Notes under the pieces: model-generated
What the model saw: only the letters and a program-made list of their open reading frames with translations
Told to the model about the DNA's origin: nothing
Databases searched by the model: none
Made by a program: the position numbers and the translations under genes
Part shown: one piece after another, positions 1 through 12,189 of the stretch
Position numbering within the stretch: position 1 is the stretch's first letter
Layout: each line of letters opens with the position of its first letter
DNA from: Callorhinchus milii
Taxonomy: Eukaryota
Reading direction: 5' to 3'
Assembly (NCBI RefSeq): GCF_018977255.1
Contig: NW_024704755.1
Span: 15,438,001 to 15,502,000 of the forward strand
DNA length: 64,000 bases

Positions 1-2888
1 TATATCATCTGGGTAAAATGCAGCCGTTTTACACACAAGCGTCAGAAATATTTTCGAATCTATTTCAGAATCTCTAGCGAACATCTTCAGCGGGGTAGGG
101 GGGACTGTAGGACAGACAATGCAGCAGAATCATATTATTGGTGATCAGTTGAAATATAAAATTTTATTCCCATTTAAATTGTATATGAATTGTTTCCTTA
201 CAATGTTATAACAAATAAGGTCCACCGAGATGCTGCCCTTCGTGAAAGTTGCTGTTGCAAGTTGTAGTTGTCATAACAAGGAATTGAGATTGGAATGGGA
301 AAAAACTGATCCTATTTGGGTGTTTAATTTGGAACAATGTTTAAGTTACGAAACATTAAAAGATGCCTTGTAGGAGGTCCTGCCTCTCTCCACCATATTA
401 GTAGCTGAATGAAAGTATTAACTATGATGAGAGAATGGGTAAACTTGATTTATATTTGATAGATCTGAGAAAGATGGGAGTTAACTTAACTGAGCTGTGA
501 ATGAACAATAACATATTGCAGGCGCATCCTTCCAGTAGAGGAATAAAAATAGGAGACACAATCAAACATTTTGGCTGAATCTGTTCGACGTGACATGAAA
601 TCTCTCCGTTCACATGTATTACTATACTATTATGGAATCCACTCCCAGAAGTGGCCTTAAATACAGATTGGAGTAGGATATTTAAAAGGGCGAAGGCTAA
701 ACATTTTAAGTGGTTGGAACGTGGTGGAGAAATTGGATTAAAAATTATGCCAACATTCTCGAGCAACGACAAGTGGAGATTTCACCTTTATTAGAGATAT
801 GAGCAAAACTTCCCCGTTAACACCAACATTCATTTTGTTCTGCTGTGTTTCTTCAAATTTAAGTTTCAAACCAACTCACAATAACTAGAATAGGTAATTC
901 AAAATCATTTCATGACCGTTGATGGAACATTGCTGTATGCAAATTGGTGCTAATTGTCCGAGTGCTTTTAAACATCTGCCTTTCATATACATCAGTAAAT
1001 TGTAAAAGTCTGGACCGTAGGTGCAAGAGATTCTGATTATCATCATTATTAATAGTAGCAGTGCTATTAGCATTAATTATTAGTATTATTGTTGTGTTAA
1101 TAATGATAAATCTTGCATTATTCTTATAATAATAATGTGGAGTCCTGTAGCTCAGTGGTTAGAGCACTCGCTTTGCAAGTGAGAGACCTGGGTTCAATTC
1201 CAGGCAGAGGACGAAACCTTGGGCACGTTTCCTTACTCCACACAGAGCCTAATAATAATCCCTCCAAAACAAAAAACAATAATAAATTGTCATTTTCAAT
1301 CTACGACTGTTTGTGGGACATTGCTGTGCGCAATTGGCTGCCGCGTTCACCCACAAATATACAGTCAATTCACTTTACAGTGTGTTCTGTGAAGCGCTTT
1401 GGGAAGTCCTCCCGATGTGAAAAGCGCTATATCAAGTGCAATGATTATTATTATTATTATTAATAATAAGATTGGAGTAGGATATTTAAAAGGGCGAAGG
1501 CTAAACATTTTAAGGGGTTAATAATAAGGATATTAAAATGAGTTTTGCATTCGATATGGATCCATTTGTCGAGATGATGTCTCAAAGCTTTATCATAGGA
1601 TTCACTGTAAGAAGTGGCAATTTTGTAGAAGAACACAGCAGCCAATTTTGCACACAGCTTGTGCCACAAATAGTCATGAAATGAGTAACCAACTTTTTTC
1701 TGGTGGAGTCGTCTGCCGGACAGGGGAGGGAAGGATCTCTCTTCTGGTTTCGAAAAGAACTACGGGATCGTTAACATTTACCTGAACATGCAGGAGGGAC
1801 CTCGCTTTAGCGCCTCATTCACATCAAGTAATAGAGCAATGTAAAGGTCTGGACCATAGTGCAAAAGATTCTGATTAATCATAATAATAATTCAACCTCA
1901 AGACAATGTTCCTAACATTGCTTTTGATTGTGTGCGCAGTGATCTTCATGTATTGACGTGGGACAATCTGAATAAATGTGTTCATCATAGAATAAAATCC
2001 TGGATAAATTAATATTCTACTTGCTGTGGTAGGACGGTTATAACTGTTTGAAAGCGTTACTAAAAACAATTATTAAGCAACTCAAATTCCCACTTTGCCG
2101 TGGGTATAAACCCGCTATCTCCCATTTGTACAATAACAAATGGGCAATACTTTTGATGAATATTGTATTGATCAAAATATTTCAGGTTAAAATAAAATAT
2201 TTCGCTGTGTGCTGTACGATCATAACTGTGGATGGGATTAAAAAAATGAAACAAGCAATTTGCCCATAACGATTTCAAAATGCCGCAATGTTCGTCTTTC
2301 AACATTATTCACATTATCAACTGTATTCACACTTACCATGTACAATTAAACGTGATCCAGTTCCATTTGCTGCTGTTTTCCCCTGACGGCTCACTGCACA
2401 GAGATAGACTCCTGAGTCGTGGAAACTCACATTTAGGAGCTGGAACGTTTTGAAGTTGAATATTTTCCTGTTGTCAGGACTTGTATGTAAATATTCGCGC
2501 TCTCCTCGCTTCCACCAGTAAAAGGTTAAATCTGAAGTGGACTGAATATCGGCAAACTTGCAGCCGAAGGTAATGCTTTCACCTTGATTTGCTATCTGTT
2601 CTACAGGATATTGGATCACTTTCATCGATGCATCCCCAGCAACTGTGAGAAAATAAATCAGAGCTATAATTAGTGATTATAGAGTTGAAGAAAGGTGACA
2701 AAATAACTATAGAGAAAAAGGGAGAGAAGGTGGAAGAATGAGAAAGAGGAAGATTTATGCATCCACTGAAACATTTTGAAACTCTTCATCAATATTGTTT
2801 TGTATGTAAGATCCGCTGAAGTAAAACAATTACCTGCGAAAATAATGCCCATCAGAGAAAGACAGGGGAACACATCACTCGCCACCAT
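1..2888 (-). CDS. Gene A: VJ-C1 Ig-superfamily receptor (NCR3/SIRP-like), 5' part only; continues beyond the left window edge
   Basis: Exons: leader 2834-2888 (MVASDVFPCLSLMGIIFA, donor gtaatt); V 2337-2642 (VAGDASMKVIQYP...C...WWK...DSGVYLC...ANGTGSRLIVH, cag/gtaagt); C1 start 104 to 1 (VPPTPLKMFARDSEIDSKIFLTLVCKTAAFYPDDI). All junctions are phase 1 and in frame. Confidence 0.85.
1142..1463 (+). mobile_element. Full-length tRNA-Ala(TGC)-derived DeuSINE (SacSINE1-like) with L2-type tail
   Basis: A box TAGCTCAGTGG, anticodon loop TTTGCAA, B box GTTCAATTCC, Deu-like core GGGACATTGCTGTGCGCAATTGGCTGCCGCGTT, tail GTGAAAAGCGCTATATCAA..(ATT)n. Near-identical copies at 18301, 21263 and 30562. Confidence 0.85.
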
Positions 2889-3166
2889 CGTGATCAGTTG
2901 CTGAGACTCACCTCAACATGTTATTGGGTGTAACAAACATTTGCTGATTGTCTAATATGAAATAATTCGCAGTGTCATGTGACTTCCCGTCTCCATGGTC
3001 AGAGATGAGTGACATACGATTTGCAAAGAGAATTGTGCCTTTCAATCTCTCATTGTGCCTGAGAAACACTCCTCAGATTAGCAGCAAAGAGAAGGGTTAC
3101 ATACATCTATATTATTCTGTGGTTTTGTTTTCTGCATTCTTGCATTAATTCTTCCTTATCATAGGT

Positions 3167-3690
3167 ACATAAGAACCTAAGAAATGATAGACAAAAATAG
3201 ACCAAGAGCCATCTAGTTCGCCTTCCACCTTCCTGGTGGTTGCATGCCCATAGTCCCAAACTACCTATGTACTATATCCCCTAATGTTATTTCCTAGAAA
3301 AAAACTATCTAATCTGTGTTTGAAAGCATCAACACTTCCTGCTTCAACCATCTCCCTAAGGAGCCTTTTTCCACAGTTTCGCTATTTGCTCAGTGATTAG
3401 TATTTGTGTAGATTTGTTCTGAATTCACATCCCTTGAATCGTAAGCCTTGTTCTTTGGTTTTACTATTCTGGACAAAATGAAACAGCCTGTCATGTATCT
3501 ATATCGTCTAACCACTTCAGAATCTTAAAAACAGCACTCATGTTGCCTCTCAATCTTCTCTTTTCCAGCATGAACATGCCCAACTTACTTAGTTGCTGGT
3601 CATAGTCCAGTAGTTCCATTCCCTCAATCAGTTGGTTGCCCTCCCTCTGTATCATCTCAGTTTCTCAAATATCCCTTTTGTAACCTCCAA
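3167..3690 (-). mobile_element. CR1 LINE 3' fragment
   Basis: Minus strand encodes a degenerate CR1 RT C-terminus (EGMELLDYDQQLSKLGMFMLEKRRLRGNM) followed by a CR1-type 3' end. Boundaries approximate. Confidence 0.6.
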
Positions 3691-4162
3691 ACATTCACAT
3701 TTATAATACGTATATAATAAGGATCTATATGTCTTTAAAGCTGAACTACAGAGCTAAGGATGCTACATTGTCTTCAGTTTAACATCAGCTTTAGGCTACA
3801 CCAAGTGACGGCAATCGAATGGAAAGCGCACGGAGAGCAAAACTGACCTTTGAATCAAATACAAAGATTTGATGTTCTGAGAAAAGGTACACTGTTTCCT
3901 CTGGAACCTGAGCATTGAATGCATTACCATATTGAATGTCTTTCCATATTTTATTTAATGGAAATCAATATAGTAAGTACAAAGTTTATGATTTCATTAT
4001 ACATTATGGTTTGTCAATAGCAGATTTTTTGTAACAATTTAATGGCAGATATTACAGAAATACAAAATAAATGTTTCCATTTTTACAAAGTCAGTTTATC
4101 TTCTTGACAAACACTACAATTATACCTTTATAAAATACTCTTTAGGCTTTGGCTATTCGACT

Positions 4163-4668
4163 GAGTTCAGTCCTGGGCACCAAACTTTAGGAAGAATGTC
4201 AAGGTTTTGGTTTCGCCAGCATGGAACGAGGAATGAGGCTAGAGAAGTTAGGATTATTCTCCTTGGAGCAGAGATGGTTAAGAGGAGACTTAATAGAAGT
4301 TTATCAAAATGATGAGGGGATTTGTTAGGGTGAACACGGCGAAACTATTTCCAGGGTCGGGTGGGTCTGTAACCCAAGGACACCAATTTCAAATAGTTGA
4401 TAAAAGGAACAGAGTGGAGGTGAGGAGAGTTTTTTNCACACAGCAAATTCTTTGGATCGAGAATGATTGCCTGAAAGGGTGGTGGAAGCCAATTCGATAA
4501 GAACTTTTAAGAGAGATGTAGATAATTATTTGGGGAAGCCAAGTTGCAGGGTTATGGGGAGAGCGCGGGGGATTGGCATTGAATTGGATAGCTCATTTCT
4601 TAGAGCCGGCACACACATGGTGAGCTGAATGGTCTCCTTCTATGCTGTATAATTCTATGATGCTATGA
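4163..4668 (+). mobile_element. CR1 LINE 3' fragment
   Basis: Degenerate LEKLGLFSLEQRWLRGDLIEVYQ...GH motif and a CTATGA-type 3' tail. Boundaries approximate. Confidence 0.7.
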
Positions 4669-6279
4669 TACAAAATGTCTCTGAATGAATACAATATCAG
4701 AGGTATAGCTGAATTTTAGAAATATCACTAAATAAATAAAAATTCTTTACATGTGGTTGATTTGTATCTACTTTCTCACAGCAATATCTAATAAACATAT
4801 GAAGGTATGAAGCCAATGACCAATTTTCTCCAGAGAAATGTTAGTCATGATACCCAGAGGATCCACTTCAATTTAGTTGTAATGCAAAACCATCTTCACT
4901 GTACACCTGAACACTCAGCCTGGACCTCGTTCAATGTCTCATCTATAAGGTAATGATAACAAATTATTAACTTAACAGTATACATACATATTACGCCCTT
5001 CACATGGAGAAGCATCTACAAGTATCTCGAACTACACCTACGACAATGCAGAACAAACCCATCATGACATTGGAGCGTCAGCCTAGAACATGAGTTTAAA
5101 GTCTCGACCTTTGGCTTGAAGTCAAACTGACTTTTTCAGGTAGATACATGTTCCCAGATGTCAACTAGCAGGAATTTTGATTGGACAGCATTCTCAGCTG
5201 TGGATAATGTTCATGCAGTGTTTGGCAGCGGTCAGTAGACGCAAAACATCGGTATGTTTGAGAGGATCGTTGAGTTTTCGCACAAAACATTGTTTTACAA
5301 ATTGTGCACAAGCTTGATATTGATATTAGGATTGGGAATTGACAATCATCATTGTAGTGGAGTCTTGGGTTGAGCAATAGGCCACTTACTTGGTATTTAA
5401 AGCTGACCAATGATGAGCGCATGAGAAACCGTAAATGTTCAATTTGAGTCAAGAACAAATTATTTTCTTGGTGTTTTCTGAATCACAAAGTGTATAAATA
5501 AACTGTACTCGAATAATATGTTTAATGAACGAAAGGAATGATGCAGAGGAAGGTGATGTTTGTCTCCCTGCTGGCAATCACGCATTCAAGATTAATGTTA
5601 CTTTGACCGAAAAACCACCAGTACCAACCTATCAGAAAAAATAACAAGGATATATTAGTACATTAAATACCGTTCCCCCCACTATGATTCAGATCAGTTG
5701 TGCCCCTGATGGTCTGTAATAAGCTGATCTGTAACAAGGCTGCACAAATGTTTTGTTGAGAACAACGTTTCTTTGTCATTTGACTTCCTGCCTTTGAGAG
5801 TTCAGGAAATTGAGTTTGTGGTGAACGTGCAATTTGTAAGTTCACGTGATCACTAACACTATGATGAGATTAACCCAATCCATTGGTGCAATTTGTAAGG
5901 ACACGTGATCACTAACGTGATAATGAGATTAATCCCATCCATCTTCACGGATATCTGCTAAATTATTATTATTATTATTATTATTATGCAGAAAACCATG
6001 CTTAAGATTCTGCAAAGAAAATGATGAGTTCCATGCATCCCATCTACATATGGAAATTCCCACGTGTTGAGAATGGAGAGACACATCCTGTTTATCTAAT
6101 CCCAGAGACTATTAAACACAAGCATGCACTCTATTTTGTCATCTGACAGTTGACAAGCACAAGTTTCAGCCCACATTGGGTGGATGGCAGGTAGCAGCAA
6201 CTCCCTGCGAAGCTCTCAGTGGGCATGGAATGTTTAATATCATCGCCTCCATTACTCTGCTCACAGTTTGGATATGCAG

Positions 6280-6720
6280 TTTGTGGGGGTGGGTGGTGGA
6301 GAGGTGGGTTGGCATAGTAATTAACAGAGAGAGATTGAAGGAGTGGGGGAGAACAAGAAACAGAGAAAGTGAGGGAGCAGAGAGAGTGAGAGAGCGATTG
6401 AAGGAGAGTTTGAGAGGGGGGCGGAGAGAAGGTATATATGGGTGAGAGGGCGAGTGAGAGAGAGAAATTGAGAATGTGTGCGTGTGTATGTGACAGATAG
6501 AGAGAGAGATGCAGAGGGGGAGAGAGTCATTGAGAGAGGGAGGAGAGAGATGGTGTGAGAGGAGAGAGCAGGAGTGAGATTGAGAAATGGAGAGAGCGAG
6601 AGAATGGGTGAGAGAGGGAGAGAAAGTATGTGCAAAAGCGTGAGATGGGGGGGTAGACAGAATGTGATTCAAAGGGCGAGAGAGAGCAAGATAGAGACGT
6701 GGAGGCAGAGAAACAAAGAA
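6280..6720. repeat. GA-rich polypurine low-complexity tract
   Basis: Degenerate (GA)n/(GAGT)n tract. Equivalent tracts at 34700-35180 and 59000-59505, each 2.0-2.6 kb downstream of an Arg-TM exon. Confidence 0.8.
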
Positions 6721-6799
6721 AGTGATCATCGTTTCCTCTCCCCAGCTACCTATATTTGTATAACAATAAAAACAGAGAACACTCGCTGGGAACACTCAG

Positions 6800-7345
6800 C
6801 AACTATGGAGAGAGGAAAGTGAATTAACGTTTGAGGCCAATAACCTCAGAATTGGGTAATGTTGGAAGGGAGCAGTTCATAAGGAAGAATAAAGAAGTGG
6901 GCGGAAAAGAAAGACATAGGAACAAATTAGGTGAACGACAGTAGATGATGAGATCAGAAGTTTTGATGGTGCAAGATAAAAGAAGGCAATAGTGGGAGAT
7001 TAGAGAAAGAAAAGATGTGTCTGCCACCCAGATGATGTGTGAGTGGTTATACAAGAGGGAAGGCTGAAAGAAGATGGGAGCTGTGTTTGAGGTCTGAAGC
7101 GGCCAAAATCAAAGTTGAGGCCAGAGATGCCGAGGACGTAGATGAGATACTGTTCATCGAGCTTGCATTGTGTTTCATGGTAACAGTGTAGGAGACCATT
7201 GACAGAGAGGTTAGAGTGGGAGTGGGAAGGAGAATTAAAGTAGCAAGCGACCAGCCGCTCAGTGTTGCAATTGCGTACGGAACGGAAGTGTTCGGCAAAG
7301 CAATCACTCAATCTACATTTGGTGTCCCAAACGGGAGACAATGGA
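6800..7345 (-). mobile_element. Penelope-like element fragment (GIY-YIG endonuclease C-terminus)
   Basis: ORF 7000-7350 contains FAEHFRSVRN...VACYFNSPSHSHSNLSVNGLLHC...KLDEQYLIYVLG...GLNFDF, the typical PLE endonuclease end. Confidence 0.7.
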
Positions 7346-8978
7346 AGCAAAAAGTGTTGTTTGTTTCAAGAAAAAATTAGATCGATTTCTCATATATAAT
7401 AATATCTCAGAATGCAGTATATAGTTTGGACAAGGCATGTGAAGCAACTGCCAGGATGGAGGAATGCGAAGTGATGGACCTTGGTCTTTGTTCACTTAGC
7501 AAATTCATATATTTTTGTGCTCTTAAGTTGTTGTTGTTACCTGCATTACAGGATAAGAAAATAGATCTAAACAATATTTCTCAACTCAAAGATTCAATGC
7601 ATTTGATAGATTTCTGCATGTCCCAGACATTGCTTTCCCCTGGGGCATGGACAAACAAAAACTGACTGGATTACTATATTGAACTTGATTGAACATCTTA
7701 TTTATTGCAATTCAAAATTATGAAATCAAAGCTTTTATGTTCAATAACAATGCACCATACAGAGAATTTCATTAGAGATCTTAGGTGAGTGGTATTACAG
7801 ATATCACACAAAAATACAATAAAACTTTCATTTTTTGCAAAGTCATAACCATCACCATTACTAAAAAAAAAGCTCCATTTTAACACAATAAACTATGTCT
7901 TTTCTGACACTTGGTGATCAAGTCTGGGTAGTTCTTACAAGAAAGTGAATGCAATGTAAAAACACTTGAAACTTGGGGTAGAATTAAAATTTGACTCAGT
8001 TTTCTGGTGCCAAAATTCAAAGGTCTGCCAATCTAGAAACAAATAACATAATAATCCAGGTTGTCTTAGAAACACTAAAACAGACACATGTTATATTTTT
8101 AAAAAGCTGAAGAATATGAAGTGTTTAGGCTATTCCAGTGAAATAATGCAAAAGGAATATAGATAGAAGAGTTGACGCCTTCCAGATCCTTTTGTGGTGA
8201 AGGTCTGTGGTAGATTTACTAAAACCATCAACAACATTTTCAGAAGCGGTCAGAGTAAGCAAAATATGATCTACAATTGATGTACAACTGGACTCCATGA
8301 TGTGTCCAGAAATGATTTAAAAAACACTATACTGGTTGTGTTTGGTGTATTATATATTAGTAATAGTTGATTTATTGGTTCCAAATTGACCAAGCTGATG
8401 TATAATATTTTGACCTGGGTCTGCAAAGAAAATCTGGGAAATTACTGATATTTAATGGGTGAAAAACAAATTAAGCGGTGATATTCTAGATATATTCCAA
8501 CTCCTAAATGGTTTAAATCAAATGCGCTCAAATATATTTGATATAGTATACCAGTCCATAATTTGTAATCTTCTGTTTCTTCTAGTCAGTGTATTTCCAT
8601 CAGCACAATTCAATCACCTTTAATCGTTTCTTCCTTACTTCATCTATAACAAAACAAGCAATGCCTTTGTGAATATAATGCAAACAAATGATATTCTGGA
8701 AAAAATCAGGGACCCGAAATGTTGATCCACTTTCCTTTCTCCTGCTTGACCCGTTGAGTGTTCCCAGTGACTTCTGTTTTTGTTCCAGATTTCCGGCAAC
8801 TACCCTATTTTGCGTTTTATCACATATGACTGCCTGATCTCTAAGACAATATCAGTTTAGTATAACACTGTATATATTTTCAACTTATGTTCAGTAATGT
8901 TCAGCCTCACGTAAACAAAACTGATGAATGATGATATTAATATTAGTATGGTATGAAAATTATTACGGAATATATTGT

Positions 8979-11900
8979 TCAATATTGTTCCAGATCCCTA
9001 GAGTTTTGGAGGAGATATTTATAAATCCATTGATTATTAGAGAATCATCCAATACAACAAAACGTAATTTCCACATTCTATGCCATTATGTCCCAGTTAC
9101 CAACGAACGACATGAATTTGTTTCCTTTTCATTGATAATTTTATGGGCTAACATGTTATGAGACTCTGTCCGGCGTGGAGGGCGCTATATAAATCCAAGT
9201 TGTTGTTGTTGTTGTTGGCTACGATATAAATACAATCATTATAAACAAAACAGTATTATTTTAAAACAAAGGAAGTCTTACCTTTCATGTGATTTGATTC
9301 TAATGTGGTCAACAATGAAGATGATCAACACTATCACTACCAAGAAACATAATATAAACCGAAAAAACATCACATCATCGGACATTCCGCGATAACCTGG
9401 AAAACAAATATCGGACTATAAAATGTTTAGAAGAAATCTACTGAATTTACTGAAATCTACTGTATTGGGAAAATCTGCATGTTAGTTAGTAGTTTATATT
9501 GGAAGTTACAATAAGGTGGACGAATATGAAATTGAAACTGTGCATTCAATTGAATGAAAATAATAGCGAATTTTCGTGATATTCAACGTGCAGGCAGTTT
9601 ATTAGTGGTGTTATAGAGAAACAGTTATGTGGTAGCAGTTCCCCTGAGAATGGGTGCTCAGCTTTAAGTGTTCCCGATATAAAGCCTGTTCCGACCCGAG
9701 CCATGGCGAGGTGGACGCCATCGTAATCAAAACTCATTGCATAGAATATCTACTGTAATATCGAAATATTTATAAAGCATCTCACAAAAGAGTTTTATTT
9801 TAAGTGCAGTGATTGTTGTTATAAAGGAAAAAGCAGCAGAAAATTTGATCCAAAATGGAACGGATTGATGAACGAATATTATTTGTATTTTATTTGTCAG
9901 TATGTATCAGTCCAAAAGTCCAATTTCTGATTTCAAAACCAATTGCAAGTTGAATTCGCAGGACTATTGCACTTTACCAAATGACAAAAACAGGAATTAA
10001 CATTTTGAAGGAGAGATATTTAGAGTCGAATAAAAAAGAACATACCCAATTTGAGATATTCTTGAATTCAAAGACTATAAATTTATAGTTGATTGTATAT
10101 ATAAGGAGTTTTCAGCGAGAAACTTACATGACTATAAATTGTAGCGTAAATTCAATTTCCAGCAACGAGGTGTTTAACAGAAAAAGATAGTAAGACAAGT
10201 AGGTATCCTACCAACCAATTCTGTGTTGGGTTTAGAAACGATGTACCTGGGAAAGGCTGGAATCCGGAGGGTGACCTGAGATACCGGACAGGTATAAACA
10301 GCCCCATTCTGAACAGGCTTAACTTTTGCCCTATGAATAATAACAATCATTATAATAAAAATCCATACATTTAAGGTAGCTCCTTATGATGGTGTTGAGA
10401 CTTCTCAAAGCACTTCATCAGTAAATCTGTAAATTGTAATTGTCTGGACCATAGGTGTGAGAGATTTTGATGAATAATAATCCTAATAATAATTCTTATC
10501 TTTGAGAGAGTTTTTCACATCAAGAGGACAGCTCAAAGCATTTCACATGTTTGGCGATTTTGCAGTTTGTAGAGGAACATATACTTCAACTACAAACAGT
10601 AGAACTACTGTAACAGTAGTTACAGCACATAGATTAGGACACAGCATGTGACTGCCAGGATGGTGGAAGGCGAACTAGACGGACCTTGGTCTTCTTTTGC
10701 CTAACAAATTCTTATATTCTAAAGCTCTTATAGCAGCCAGTTTCCACACAGCAATGGACCACAAATATCCATGAAATGAATAACCAAATTTATCTGGGGA
10801 TTTTGTTGGCCAGGACACTGGGAGGAAAAATCCCTCTTCTCTTTTTGAATAGTACTATGGTAAATTTTATATCCACCTGAACAGGCAGAAGGGACCTCGG
10901 TTTAACTTCTCATCCAAACCATGGGAAGCCAAGGAGCGCTCCCCTGGCACTGCATTGGACTGTCAGCGACGTGGGACAATTTGAATAAATGCATTCAGGA
11001 TGGAATAAAATATTAAATATGGTAAAGTTCTAGTTAGGGTGTATGGAGGGATGTAAGTGTTTGAAAGCATTGCTTAACATAATTATTATGCAACTCAATG
11101 CAAAATTATATTTATATAGGCCTTTCGTGTCAGGAGGATGTCCCAAGACACTGGATGGTCAGGAATTTGCACCCAAGCTGGGGGTCAGGATTGCAGAGAG
11201 TGGAGGGCAAGGAGGGTAGGAGGATGGCCGAAGGCTCTTTTAAAGTGGAATGTTTTGAGACACGCCTTGAAGGAGGCAAGATTATTGACCTGAAACGTTA
11301 ACCCATTTTCCTCTCTCCACAGATGTTGCCCGATATGCCGAGTGTTTCAGTGACTTCTATTTGAATTTCAGATTTCCAGCATTTTGCATTTTGTTTTATT
11401 ATGTCACTCAAATTCCCACTTTTCTGTGTGATATAAAACCTGCCGGCTCACATCAGTACAATAATGAAGGGGCAAAACTAGTTGAATAATATTCTATTGA
11501 TAAAAGTGTTTAATGTTCAAATAAAATCTGTTCCTGTTCCTGTGTATTGTGCAGAAAATTAAACAAATAATTTATCCATATCGGTTCTAAAATGTCGCAA
11601 TGCACCGCCTTTCAACATTCTCCATTACTATTGCATTCACACTTACCCTATACAATTAAACGTGATCCATTTCCATTCCCTGTTATTTTGCCCTGATGGA
11701 CCACTGCACAGAGATAGACTTCTGAATCGTGGATATTCACATTTAGGAGCTGGAACGATTTGGAATCAAATATTTTCCTGTTATCAGGTTTCGTGTGTAA
11801 GTATTCCCCCTCTCCTTGTTTCCACCAATAAAATGTTAGATTTGATCCTTGTTCATTATTGAAAAACACCTTGCAGGCGAATTTAACGTTTTCACCTTGT

Positions 11901-12189
11901 AATGCTTCCGGTTCTATGGGGTATTGAATCACTTTCATTGATGCATCACCAGCAACTGTCAAGAAATGAATTAACCTATATTAGTTGATTATACAAAGTA
12001 AGAAACAGGACATAATAAGCAGAGGGAGGGACTGAAAGATGGGAGAAAGTGAGACGGATATATTCACTGAACACATTTTGAAACTCTTCATCTATATCGA
12101 TTTGTATTCAAATTGATGTAGTAAAATTACATACCTGTGAGAATGATCCCCATTAGAGAAAGATAGGAGATCACATCGCTCACCATCAT
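8979..12189 (-). pseudogene. Activating-type VJ-(C1)-TM(Arg) receptor, disrupted (or a secreted single-V gene)
   Basis: Leader 12135-12189 intact. V 11647-11955 ends ...SRLIV-TAG just before the donor. Only the 3' half of C1 remains (10212-10320, KPVQNGAVYTCPVSQVTLRIP...); its acceptor and 5' half are deleted. TM exon 9282-9396 intact (GYRGMSDDVMFFRFILCFLVVIVLIIFIVDHIRIKSHE). Candidate terminal exon 8979-8997 (RDLEQY*). Confidence 0.75.

Noticed and set aside
1142-1215. tRNA-Ala(TGC) gene
   Set aside because: The cloverleaf-like head is always followed by the Deu core and L2-type tail in four copies, so it is a SINE head rather than a standalone tRNA.
1113-1463. Recurrent ORFs containing WDIAVRNWLPRSPTNIQSIHFTVCSVK (also 18378, 21201, 24146, 30461, 50183)
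   Set aside because: Translations of the SINE body; no protein-domain features, and poly-Tyr ends come from the (ATT)n tail.
5827-5940. Two-copy ~57-bp direct repeat containing CACGTG
   Set aside because: A simple local tandem duplication without spacer structure, not seen in paralogous cassettes; no evidence of function.
6166-6822. Long Ser/Leu- or Arg/Glu-rich ORFs (also 34744, 57567, 59105)
   Set aside because: Artefacts of GA/CT low-complexity DNA and N runs.
9546-9737. ORFs MSFDYDGVHLAMARVG (9546) and MTVDFQCNEFWLRR (62224) as a novel coding exon
   Set aside because: The frame is not conserved among the three copies; they overlap the decayed second C1 relic.
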